From the human T2T-CHM13v2.0 reference genome, Homo sapiens: a stretch of DNA of 64,000 bases. Below the pieces are notes generated by a model. The model was not told the DNA's origin, did not search any database, and saw only the letters and a program-made list of their open reading frames with translations. Position 1 is the first letter of the stretch. Every line of letters starts with the position of its first letter. The position numbers were made by a program, and so were the translations under genes. The stretch lies in assembly GCF_009914755.1 (NCBI RefSeq), contig NC_060930.1, one strand, 5' to 3'. Positions 1-11,856 of this stretch are shown one piece after another.

Positions 1-564
1 CAGAAAGAGGTTTAAGAACACTGAGAAATCACTCCCTTCAAAGCCTAGGACTGAAGAGCCTTAGAGCATTGGGAGCTCATATACTGCTCCATAGACCCAG
101 GACCATATGGAATTAATGCAGCCCTGTTAGGTTTCTCGAGGATGACAGGCTCCAGAGCCACATTTTTTGAAATCTGCAATGCTGAAGATTGCACTGACTG
201 CTGGCTACTTGAAGAAATCCCCAGAAAAGCTTACTGCGACAGAAAGAATCACACACCTGACAGCACGTTACAATAAAAATTTTGGCTAAGACACTGAGAT
301 AGCCCATTTTAGAAGGAGGTGAGTTGTGAAGCCCATCACCCTGGAAGGTTTGTGCCCATTCTAAAGACAAAGCCCACCCAAGTTGCACCAGAAATCACTC
401 CGCTGGCTCCCCCAGAGAGTACACGGAGGCTTCCCCCAACATGGCAGAACTCCGGCAACACTCGAGCATCCGTTTACCATTGAAGGCGGCTGCATCAGTG
501 GGAATTTCCATGGCTTTTCATCCCAGCATCGAAGCGTGTAGATGTCTGGCCACAGACTCCTTAC

Positions 565-746
565 CTTGTTCGGAAGGAGCCTCTAGGCTTGGAACCGGGG
601 TAACAGTCGGAGGCGCGACGGCAGTCCCTTCTGCGTCTGAGCATTGCGTCAGGTTGCAGTACTCCCACCTGACACCGGGATCCCTCGTATAACAATAAGG
701 AGCTGCCACAGCATCTGGATTCCTGCAGTAGTTCATGATCAAGCCA
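565..746 (-). CDS. LPA: KIV-2 exon 2, unit 1 (182 bp)
   Basis: Acceptor TTTCCAG|TGGCTTG and donor GAACAAG|GTAAGG. Encodes GLIMNYCRNPDAVAAPYCYTRDPGVRWEYCNLTQC...APSEQ. Confidence 0.97.
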
Positions 747-1959
747 CTGGAAATTCCAAAACGATACACGTCACAAGAGGTGGGACAACATGCAGGGGCA
801 CCCCACACTCTCTCCTTTGTGCTGCAACAAGGTCATTACCGGTGCCTTTCTAATATTCCCATTAAAAGTACCATATGATTGCCACCAGCAAAAATGGCTC
901 TCGATCACTAATCCTCTCTGCACATCTCTCATACTTAATAGATTATTACTATTTTTTTTAAATAAAAAATCTAAAGTAGCAAACGCTTCTTAGAAACACT
1001 GAGATAACACACACACGTGGCCGAAAAACGATCAGAGTATTCTCCTTCTGCCTCCTACCCAATCCATCTCTCTGGAATAACTGGTATGGGTTTTGACGTC
1101 TGTATTGTGGGATTGTGTATTCACATGCAAATGCATCTGTATCTGTCTAGTCTCCGTATCTCTCTCGGTAGGACTTCATATTCTAATGTGGGAGTTGCAA
1201 CGAACATGTAGTTCTTCAGAAAACACACGTCATCCAGGAGGATAGCCGTTCCAGGTCAACCCTCACACTCTATGTACTCAATACGTAGTGAAAAGGCTCT
1301 ACCTTTCCCACAGAAAAGCATTGTGCAAATAGTATTACTGTCTGTCAGGTTTAGTAGGTTTGTTTCTCCAAGACTTCTCAAAGCTGCCCTGGAAAACTTG
1401 CTCCCAGGCAGGATGCAGTATCTCTAGAAGGGGTTCCTAGGCAGGTCCTTCTCTCCTGCTCTCAGTCTACCCTCTGCTGGCCGCAGCTACTCCGGGACTG
1501 AGGGAAAGGGGGATGAGTTGAAAGAACAGTGGGACCCATGGCATAAAGGAAGACGGCAGGGTGGACTAAGAGATCTGAAGAGGTCGGACAGCTACGGAGC
1601 AGCAGAGAAAAATGCATTAGGGGGCAAAGCAGGCGAGTAGTTTGGGCTGCGGGGATCTTGAAGCATTCGCTCTTCCTTATGCCTCCCAAGAACGTTGCTC
1701 CAACCTCCCAGTATCCTCACATTCATGACCTCTGGCTGCCTGAGAAAATGGGAAATGTATTATGGGCCATGGGGTTCCAACACTGTCTCTCTAGAGACTC
1801 TAGACTTGTGGCCTAGTCTCAACCCCAGACCCTCCATTCCAGGAAGCTGGTTCAATGAGCAACTGGATGTATAAGAGCCTGAGCTCTTGAAAGACTTCTA
1901 GTTCTTCCTTGGCTTCCCTCTTTTGAATGCATGGACTATTCTTATTATACCAAAAACCT

Positions 1960-2977
1960 CAGAGTTCAAACCTTTGTGATTGCTCTAGGATTTGCAATAT
2001 CCCTTCGAACCCGCACAGTACCCTTTTATTAATATGACACACCATCGTGCATGAGGTAAAGAAACTTACAACGGTACACTTCGAATTAATCCCTTCGTGA
2101 TTTATGCTACCATTTCAAATTCTTACCTCTACATATGCTGAAGTTAAATATCTTGCTATCATTTTGTTTCAAGTAGTCAACTCTCATTTACAAAGATATA
2201 GAAATTTGATCAAGAAAATATTTTGCATTTACATCTATCTACATTTGCCAATTGCTGGATTCTTCATTACGTGGGCTGCAGAAAGTTCCTTTCTTGTTCA
2301 ATTCTTCTTCTACCTAATTCCTTCGGGTCACCTCTCTTGTTACATAAGCCTGCTGATTTCCAATTCTTACAGTTTCCGGTTTCTTTCTTTGGGGCAGTGC
2401 ACAATATGCATTTATCCGACATGATCTTCAAGGCATTTTATTGCTGGATTCAGCATTCCCGGTTGATCTCTTTTTGTTCCTGATTATCATTTTAACAATA
2501 TTCCCTGGTATCTGGCTTCCAGTGTTTCTGAGGTGAACACATTGGCAATTTGTATCAGTGTACTTGTAGGAAGACACAGCTCTTTTTCCTCCAGTTTCTC
2601 GTGACAGGTTTCTTCTTATTATATCTTTGCCTTGTTACCTTCGAACTGTGATGTACAAAAGTACATCATACAGGTTGGGTTTTTTTTCCGAAATTCCCTA
2701 TGTGATCCCTTGAGTTTCACGATTCTGTGATTTTTTTTAATGTTCTTCGTAATTGAAAAGTTATCAGCCATCCTTGATTCCGGTATTTGTTTCTATTCCA
2801 AACTCCCTTGCTCTTTACTGTGACTTGCTTCCCACATGCAGGAAATCTTTTCATATTTTCCTACATGTCTGTGAGGCTCGCTTAATTTTATATTTCACTG
2901 TTTCTTCAGGGGTGCGCGTGTCTGTGTGTGTTAGAACTTGTGAGTTTCTGCGTGTGTGTGAGTATGGGTGTGTTTTC

Positions 2978-3022
<45 letters not shown>

Positions 3023-4100
3023 CTCATTCTGTAGGTTCTCTAGAATTGTGTGTTGGGTAATGTTTTCCTCTGAAACGTCTAATTTGATCAGCCGGCCATA
3101 CAGTAATTTTTTTCAATTAAGACATACTTTTTTTATACTAGCTCTTTAATTTAATTTGGCTATTCTGTACTGTTAATTTCTCTTGATATGATATCTGCTT
3201 TCTTGCATGTTGTTTTTTTAAATATTTGAAATCAGTTATCATACTGATATGTCAAATTTTCACGCAATTCTAATCATTTCTCTCATTCCTGAGCCTGTTT
3301 GTATTACCCGATTTATTTCCTGGTCATGGGTCACACGAAACGCTTTTCTACATGTAGTCAGATTTTAAATTTAGGACTCACTCTGCGGATACCGCATAGC
3401 TGAGGCAATCGACTTTGTTGTTTACTTCTAAAGAGAGTTGAGATTTCCTCTCACAGGCACTTCATTGATTGGAAACCGATTTGATGCTTGGACACTTGCT
3501 TTCCAGCTGTGCAAGGGGTTGTCTGCAGCTGACTTTATTCTAGTAATATACTAAGTGTACCTTTAAATTACGGCTGTTCTGGGGTCTCCACTGAATTGGC
3601 AATGTGCTCCGTGAGGACTCTCTGGTCTAGCTGGGAAGAACTCCAGTATCCCAGAGTGCTATGTGATCTCTCTCTTCTTTATTGAGCTTCCTGTGCTCTT
3701 GTACTTGCTGTTTCTCAGTAAATGTTCTTTGCCACACTTTCTCGTGGAACCATTTCCTGTGCACAGGCAGCGTCATGTCAGGCCAACGACTGGAGGAGAC
3801 TTCTATGCGTATTTGTAGAGCTCTTTTCCTCCACAAACCAGTTCTTATTTCTAGCAGACCTAGAAAAATTTCAGCTACCACAGTCATCCCAAACTCCAAT
3901 CCCTCTCCTCCATTCAGCAAGATGGCTACAGTCTGCTTGGGCTCCATCTCCTTGCTATTCAGTGCAGGAAGGGTATCCAGGAAGAAAGCCAAGGCATCTG
4001 CGGAGTGGAGCCCATCATTGCCCCTCTCTCAATTCTCTAGGTCCTCTACCATCTGTTGTCCCACATGTAGAAACCATTTTTCCATGTCTCTGGTAGTCGC
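1960..4100 (-). mobile_element. Probable ancient degenerate LINE-1 (L1M/HAL1-like 5'/ORF1 region) remnant, amplified with each unit; boundaries approximate
   Basis: T-rich plus strand. Segments such as 'ttttattgctggattcagcattcccggttgatc...ctggcttccagtgtttctgaggtg' and 3870-4090 resemble antisense old L1 consensus as I recall it. Not verified by RepeatMasker. Confidence 0.5.
2983..3020. repeat. (GT)n microsatellite, present in every unit's long intron; (GT)19 in unit 1
   Basis: Other copies: 8542-8575, 14097-14128, 19650-19683, 25202-25235, 30754-30779, 36301-36326, 41841-41874, 47388-47421, 52940-52969, 58484-58515. Confidence 0.97.
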
Positions 4101-4749
4101 TTGTGGCCAAAATATTGGCCATTGGGTGGTCAGACCCGGGCTTCTCTCCATCCACCCATCCCTTTTACTTTTCAGCATCCCTCTCTGTGCTGACTCTCAT
4201 CTGCCTTCCTTCCTTGGATCTTCTCTTGCTGGGAACCTGTATCCCTTCAGGCCACTGGTACTTAGGAACGAGTGTTTTTCTGACAATCGGAATATACGTA
4301 GATATAGAAACAGATCAATTCACCTGTCCATAAATAAGCACCTATTCTTTCCTCTTGAACCCAGAGAGAAAAGGCAAACGCAACCTTCCCTTCAGGAAGT
4401 GGAAGCCAGAATAACGGAATTCCAACTGGAAAGTCTCCATTGACGTTTAGTTGGTGTTGTGGAAGGGTAATCTAAGTGTCTGGTCCTTTGTCATTCTGAC
4501 TTTCTTCATAATGTGATCTCCTCACCTCCAGATTTCCCTTCTGCTCAATAGAACTAGGAGGAAGGAGAGGGAGCTTAACATTTCCCTTCTCTCAGACCCT
4601 TAGCTCCAAGGCAATCATCCTGAGACATTTTGCTACGCCATCTGCATCTGTCACAAGTTGAGTTCGGAGAACTCAGCTTGAGACACATCTCTTGTAACAG
4701 AAACTTCACTTGGCCCTTTCTTCTCTTATGGTAAAGAACAAAGACATAC

Positions 4750-4909
4750 GCATTTGGGTAGTATTCTGGGGTCCGACTATGCGAGTGTGGTGTCATAGAT
4801 GACCAAGCTTGGCAGGTTCTTCCTGTGACAGTGGTGGAGTATGTGCCTCGATAACTCTGTCCATTACCGTGGTAGCACTCCTGCACCCCAGGCCTCTGCT
4901 CAGTCGGTG
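4750..4909 (-). CDS. LPA: KIV-2 exon 1, unit 1 (160 bp), subtype C haplotype (G/C/A at exon positions 14/41/86)
   Basis: Acceptor TTTCAG|CACCG and donor AATGC|GTATGT. Plus-strand bases c4896, g4869, t4824. Confidence 0.96.
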
Positions 4910-6119
4910 CTGAAATGAAAACACAAGAAATAAACTGAGTATCTCTGAGAATAACGAAATATGTGAAGCCATTTATGACACAACCAGAAAGGAGTCTATG
5001 AGAATTACGAACGTTATCTTTCCCTTACCTGTAGGCAGATGGATGGGAGAAAACCAACCAAAAAACATACAGCAAACCTACAGATTCCTACCAATCTAGA
5101 ACTGTAGTAAGTTCTAGGAAATATTTCACCTGAAATCCTTAGAAAAACAGAACAGAACAGACTCCTTCTCACTGCAAAGTGCGCTCACGAAGTAGCACCT
5201 TTCTATGAAACTCTACTGAATGTTCATACAAAGGGCACTGCATTTGGCAATGCAGGATGCAGGTGGTAATTGGCTGTCGAGGGCAGAGGAGGGGAAAGAC
5301 ATGGAAATTTTGCATGTTTCCCTAGATCGTTGATCATGAAAGCCAAGGCCTCTGGCTTCCAGGCCATGGGGCAGAAAACGATCCTATATATCTGACTGAA
5401 GGCAAAGACACTTTGCTTCTCAAGGATGTGTGCACGCCAAAACCTTCTTCCCTTGGAGGAGGGAGGGAATCTTCTCATGCCCTGCATCCTGAATTGCAGT
5501 AAAGGAGAAGTCTACTAACCTTTCTCTCTAGACCCCTCACAGGTACAAGTGCCATCAGAAAGAGGTTTAAGAACACTGAGAAATCACTCCCTTCAAAGCC
5601 TAGGACTGAAGAGCCTTAGAGCATTGGGAGCTCATATACTGCTCCATAGACCCAGGACCATATGGAATTAATGCAGCCCTGTTAGGTTTCTCGAGGATGA
5701 CAGGCTCCAGAGCCACATTTTTTGAAATCTGCAATGCTGAAGATTGCACTGACTGCTGGCTACTTGAAGAAATCCCCAGAAAAGCTTACTGCGACAGAAA
5801 GAATCACACACCTGACAGCACGTTACAATAAAAATTTTGGCTAAGACACTGAGATAGCCCATTTTAGAAGGAGGTGAGTTGTGAAGCCCATCACCCTGGA
5901 AGGTTTGTGCCCATTCTAAAGACAAAGCCCACCCAAGTTGCACCAGAAATCACTCCGCTGGCTCCCCCAGAGAGTACACGGAGGCTTCCCCCAACATGGC
6001 AGAACTCCGGCAACACTCGAGCATCCGTTTACCATTGAAGGCGGCTGCATCAGTGGGAATTTCCATGGCTTTTCATCCCAGCATCGAAGCGTGTAGATGT
6101 CTGGCCACAGACTCCTTAC
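4910..6119 (-). other. Short inter-unit intron, B/C type (1210 bp). Also at 10465-11674, 16018-17227, 32669-33878 and partially at 1-564.
   Basis: GTAAGG...TTTCAG on minus, with many substitutions and small indels relative to the A type. Confidence 0.95.
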
Positions 6120-6301
6120 CTTGTTCGGAAGGAGCCTCTAGGCTTGGAACCGGGGTAACAGTCGGAGGCGCGACGGCAGTCCCTTCTGCGTCTGAGCATT
6201 GCGTCAGGTTGCAGTACTCCCACCTGACACCGGGATCCCTCGTATAACAATAAGGAGCTGCCACAGCATCTGGATTCCTGCAGTAGTTCATGATCAAGCC
6301 A
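6120..6301 (-). CDS. LPA: KIV-2 exon 2, unit 2
   Basis: Same exon, same AG/GT boundaries as unit 1. Confidence 0.97.
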
Positions 6302-8536
6302 CTGGAAATTCCAAAACGATACACGTCACAAGAGGTGGGACAACATGCAGGGGCACCCCACACTCTCTCCTTTGTGCTGCAACAAGGTCATTACCGGTGC
6401 CTTTCTAATATTCCCATTAAAAGTACCATATGATTGCCACCAGCAAAAATGGCTCTCGATCACTAATCCTCTCTGCACATCTCTCATACTTAATAGATTA
6501 TTACTATTTTTTTTAAATAAAAAATCTAAAGTAGCAAACGCTTCTTAGAAACACTGAGATAACACACACACGTGGCCGAAAAACGATCAGAGTATTCTCC
6601 TTCTGCCTCCTACCCAATCCATCTCTCTGGAATAACTGGTATGGGTTTTGACGTCTGTATTGTGGGATTGTGTATTCACATGCAAATGCATCTGTATCTG
6701 TCTAGTCTCCGTATCTCTCTCGGTAGGACTTCATATTCTAATGTGGGAGTTGCAACGAACATGTAGTTCTTCAGAAAACACACGTCATCCAGGAGGATAG
6801 CCGTTCCAGGTCAACCCTCACACTCTATGTACTCAATACGTAGTGAAAAGGCTCTACCTTTCCCACAGAAAAGCATTGTGCAAATAGTATTACTGTCTGT
6901 CAGGTTTAGTAGGTTTGTTTCTCCAAGACTTCTCAAAGCTGCCCTGGAAAACTTGCTCCCAGGCAGGATGCAGTATCTCTAGAAGGGGTTCCTAGGCAGG
7001 TCCTTCTCTCCTGCTCTCAGTCTACCCTCTGCTGGCCGCAGCTACTCCGGGACTGAGGGAAAGGGGGATGAGTTGAAAGAACAGTGGGACCCATGGCATA
7101 AAGGAAGACGGCAGGGTGGACTAAGAGATCTGAAGAGGTCGGACAGCTACGGAGCAGCAGAGAAAAATGCATTAGGGGGCAAAGCAGGCGAGTAGTTTGG
7201 GCTGCGGGGATCTTGAAGCATTCGCTCTTCCTTATGCCTCCCAAGAACGTTGCTCCAACCTCCCAGTATCCTCACATTCATGACCTCTGGCTGCCTGAGA
7301 AAATGGGAAATGTATTATGGGCCATGGGGTTCCAACACTGTCTCTCTAGAGACTCTAGACTTGTGGCCTAGTCTCAACCCCAGACCCTCCATTCCAGGAA
7401 GCTGGTTCAATGAGCAACTGGATGTATAAGAGCCTGAGCTCTTGAAAGACTTCTAGTTCTTCCTTGGCTTCCCTCTTTTGAATGCATGGACTATTCTTAT
7501 TATACCAAAAACCTCAGAGTTCAAACCTTTGTGATTGCTCTAGGATTTGCAATATCCCTTCGAACCCGCACAGTACCCTTTTATTAATATGACACACCAT
7601 CGTGCATGAGGTAAAGAAACTTACAACGGTACACTTCGAATTAATCCCTTCGTGATTTATGCTACCATTTCAAATTCTTACCTCTACATATGCTGAAGTT
7701 AAATATCTTGCTATCATTTTGTTTCAAGTAGTCAACTCTCATTTACAAAGATATAGAAATTTGATCAAGAAAATATTTTGCATTTACATCTATCTACATT
7801 TGCCAATTGCTGGATTCTTCATTACGTGGGCTGCAGAAAGTTCCTTTCTTGTTCAATTCTTCTTCTACCTAATTCCTTCGGGTCACCTCTCTTGTTACAT
7901 AAGCCTGCTGATTTCCAATTCTTACAGTTTCCGGTTTCTTTCTTTGGGGCAGTGCACAATATGCATTTATCCGACATGGATGATCTTCAAGGCATTTTAT
8001 TGCTGGATTCAGCATTCCCGGTTGATCTCTTTTTGTTCCTGATTATCATTTTAACAATATTCCCTGGTATCTGGCTTCCAGTGTTTCTGAGGTGAACACA
8101 TTGGCAATTTGTATCAGTGTACTTGTAGGAAGACACAGCTCTTTTTCCTCCAGTTTCTCGTGACAGGTTTCTTCTTATTATATCTTTGCCTTGTTACCTT
8201 CGAACTGTGATGTACAAAAGTACATCATACAGGTTGGGTTTTTTTTCCGAAATTCCCTATGTGATCCCTTGAGTTTCACGATTCTGTGATTTTTTTTAAT
8301 GTTCTTCGTAATTGAAAAGTTATCAGCCATCCTTGATTCCGGTATTTGTTTCTATTCCAAACTCCCTTGCTCTTTACTGTGACTTGCTTCCCACATGCAG
8401 GAAATCTTTTCATATTTTCCTACATGTCTGTGAGGCTCGCTTAATTTTATATTTCACTGTTTCTTCAGGGGTGCGCGTGTCTGTGTGTGTTAGAACTTGT
8501 GAGTTTCTGCGTGTGTGTGAGTATGGGTGTGTTTTC

Positions 8537-8577
<41 letters not shown>

Positions 8578-10304
8578 CTCATTCTGTAGGTTCTCTAGAA
8601 TTGTGTGTTGGGTAATGTTTTCCTCTGAAACGTCTAATTTGATCAGCCGGCCATACAGTAATTTTTTTCAATTAAGACATACTTTTTTTATACTAGCTCT
8701 TTAATTTAATTTGGCTATTCTGTACTGTTAATTTCTCTTGATATGATATCTGCTTTCTTGCATGTTGTTTTTTTAAATATTTGAAATCAGTTATCATACT
8801 GATATGTCAAATTTTCACGCAATTCTAATCATTTCTCTCATTCCTGAGCCTGTTTGTATTACCCGATTTATTTCCTGGTCATGGGTCACACGAAACGCTT
8901 TTCTACATGTAGTCAGATTTTAAATTTAGGACTCACTCTGTGGATACCGCATAGCTGAGGCAATCGACTTTGTTGTTTACTTCTAAAGAGAGTTGAGATT
9001 TCCTCTCACAGGCACTTCATTGATTGGAAACCGATTTGATGCTTGGACACTTGCTTTCCAGCTGTGCAAGGGGTTGTCTGCAGCTGACTTTATTCTAGTA
9101 ATATACTAAGTGTACCTTTAAATTACGGCTGTTCTGGGGTCTCCACTGAATTGGCAATGTGCTCCGTGAGGACTCTCTGGTCTAGCTGGGAAGAACTCCA
9201 GTATCCCAGAGTGCTATGTGATCTCTCTCTTCTTTATTGAGCTTCCTGTGCTCTTGTACTTGCTGTTTCTCAGTAAATGTTCTTTGCCACACTTTCTCGT
9301 GGAACCATTTCCTGTGCACAGGCAGCGTCATGTCAGGCCAACGACTGGAGGAGACTTCTATGCGTATTTGTAGAGCTCTTTTCCTCCACAAACCAGTTCT
9401 TATTTCTAGCAGACCTAGAAAAATTTCAGCTACCACAGTCATCCCAAACTCCAATCCCTCTCCTCCATTCAGCAAGATGGCTACAGTCTGCTTGGGCTCC
9501 ATCTCCTTGCTATTCAGTGCAGGAAGGGTATCCAGGAAGAAAGCCAAGGCATCTGCGGAGTGGAGCCCATCATTGCCCCTCTCTCAATTCTCTAGGTCCT
9601 CTACCATCTGTTGTCCCACATGTAGAAACCATTTTTCCATGTCTCTGGTAGTCGCTTGTGGCCAAAATATTGGCCATTGGGTGGTCAGACCCGGGCTTCT
9701 CTCCATCCACCCATCCCTTTTACTTTTCAGCATCCCTCTCTGTGCTGACTCTCATCTGCCTTCCTTCCTTGGATCTTCTCTTGCTGGGAACCTGTATCCC
9801 TTCAGGCCACTGGTACTTAGGAACGAGTGTTTTTCTGACAATCGGAATATACGTAGATATAGAAACAGATCAATTCACCTGTCCATAAATAAGCACCTAT
9901 TCTTTCCTCTTGAACCCAGAGAGAAAAGGCAAACGCAACCTTCCCTTCAGGAAGTGGAAGCCAGAATAACGGAATTCCAACTGGAAAGTCTCCATTGACG
10001 TTTAGTTGGTGTTGTGGAAGGGTAATCTAAGTGTCTGGTCCTTTGTCATTCTGACTTTCTTCATAATGTGATCTCCTCACCTCCAGATTTCCCTTCTGCT
10101 CAATAGAACTAGGAGGAAGGAGAGGGAGCTTAACATTTCCCTTCTCTCAGACCCTTAGCTCCAAGGCAATCATCCTGAGACATTTTGCTACGCCATCTGC
10201 ATCTGTCACAAGTTGAGTTCGGAGAACTCAGCTTGAGACACATCTCTTGTAACAGAAACTTCACTTGGCCCTTTCTTCTCTTATGGTAAAGAACAAAGAC
10301 ATAC

Positions 10305-10464
10305 GCATTTGGGTAGTATTCTGGGGTCCGACTATGCGAGTGTGGTGTCATAGATGACCAAGCTTGGCAGGTTCTTCCAGTGACAGTGGTGGAGTATGTG
10401 CCTCGATAACTCTGTCCATTACCGTGGTAGCACTCCTGCACCCCAGGCCTCTGCTCAGTCGGTG
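10305..10464 (-). CDS. LPA: KIV-2 exon 1, unit 2, subtype B (G/C/T)
   Basis: Plus strand ggcctctgct, accgtggt, ttccagtgac. Canonical splice sites. Confidence 0.96.
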
Positions 10465-11674
10465 CTGAAATGAAAACACAAGAAATAAACTGAGTATCTC
10501 TGAGAATAACGAAATATGTGAAGCCATTTATGACACAACCAGAAAGGAGTCTATGAGAATTACGAACGTTATCTTTCCCTTACCTGTAGGCAGATGGATG
10601 GGAGAAAACCAACCAAAAAACATACAGCAAACCTACAGATTCCTACCAATCTAGAACTGTAGTAAGTTCTAGGAAATATTTCACCTGAAATCCTTAGAAA
10701 AACAGAACAGAACAGACTCCTTCTCACTGCAAAGTGCGCTCACGAAGTAGCACCTTTCTATGAAACTCTACTGAATGTTCATACAAAGGGCACTGCATTT
10801 GGCAATGCAGGATGCAGGTGGTAATTGGCTGTCGAGGGCAGAGGAGGGGAAAGACATGGAAATTTTGCATGTTTCCCTAGATCGTTGATCATGAAAGCCA
10901 AGGCCTCTGGCTTCCAGGCCATGGGGCAGAAAACGATCCTATATATCTGACTGAAGGCAAAGACACTTTGCTTCTCAAGGATGTGTGCACGCCAAAACCT
11001 TCTTCCCTTGGAGGAGGGAGGGAATCTTCTCATGCCCTGCATCCTGAATTGCAGTAAAGGAGAAGTCTACTAACCTTTCTCTCTAGACCCCTCACAGGTA
11101 CAAGTGCCATCAGAAAGAGGTTTAAGAACACTGAGAAATCACTCCCTTCAAAGCCTAGGACTGAAGAGCCTTAGAGCATTGGGAGCTCATATACTGCTCC
11201 ATAGACCCAGGACCATATGGAATTAATGCAGCCCTGTTAGGTTTCTCGAGGATGACAGGCTCCAGAGCCACATTTTTTGAAATCTGCAATGCTGAAGATT
11301 GCACTGACTGCTGGCTACTTGAAGAAATCCCCAGAAAAGCTTACTGCGACAGAAAGAATCACACACCTGACAGCACGTTACAATAAAAATTTTGGCTAAG
11401 ACACTGAGATAGCCCATTTTAGAAGGAGGTGAGTTGTGAAGCCCATCACCCTGGAAGGTTTGTGCCCATTCTAAAGACAAAGCCCACCCAAGTTGCACCA
11501 GAAATCACTCCGCTGGCTCCCCCAGAGAGTACACGGAGGCTTCCCCCAACATGGCAGAACTCCGGCAACACTCGAGCATCCGTTTACCATTGAAGGCGGC
11601 TGCATCAGTGGGAATTTCCATGGCTTTTCATCCCAGCATCGAAGCGTGTAGATGTCTGGCCACAGACTCCTTAC

Positions 11675-11856
11675 CTTGTTCGGAAGGAGCCTCTAGGCTT
11701 GGAACCGGGGTAACAGTCGGAGGCGCGACGGCAGTCCCTTCTGCGTCTGAGCATTGCGTCAGGTTGCAGTACTCCCACCTGACACCGGGATCCCTCGTAT
11801 AACAATAAGGAGCTGCCACAGCATCTGGATTCCTGCAGTAGTTCATGATCAAGCCA
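11675..11856 (-). CDS. LPA: KIV-2 exon 2, unit 3
   Basis: Same exon, AG/GT boundaries. Confidence 0.97.

Larger units (their letters stand above)
747..4749 (-). other. Long KIV-2 intron (4003 bp here, 3995-4003 bp across units 1-11)
   Basis: GTATGT...TTTCCAG on minus. Length differences are fully explained by the GT STR, one 4-bp deletion and one 1-bp deletion. Confidence 0.95.

Noticed and set aside
953-970. T8-AAATAAAAAA element as a terminator or poly(A) signal
   Set aside because: AATAAA is on the strand opposite LPA, and the element is a short AT-rich tract with no supporting context.
2753-3149. CVCVCV-containing ORFs with unit-specific frames
   Set aside because: These are translations of the GT microsatellite. 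There is no support for phase-variable coding.
3682-4443. 253-aa plus-strand ORF repeated identically in each unit
   Set aside because: It starts at TTG, has no recognisable domain, lies antisense in an intron over a probable L1 remnant, and its identity simply reflects repeat homogenisation.
565-4909. Assignment to PLG, LPAL2 or KIV-3
   Set aside because: The DAVAAPYC, DPGVRW and TVTPVP residues and the tandem multiplicity match KIV-2 rather than those paralogs.
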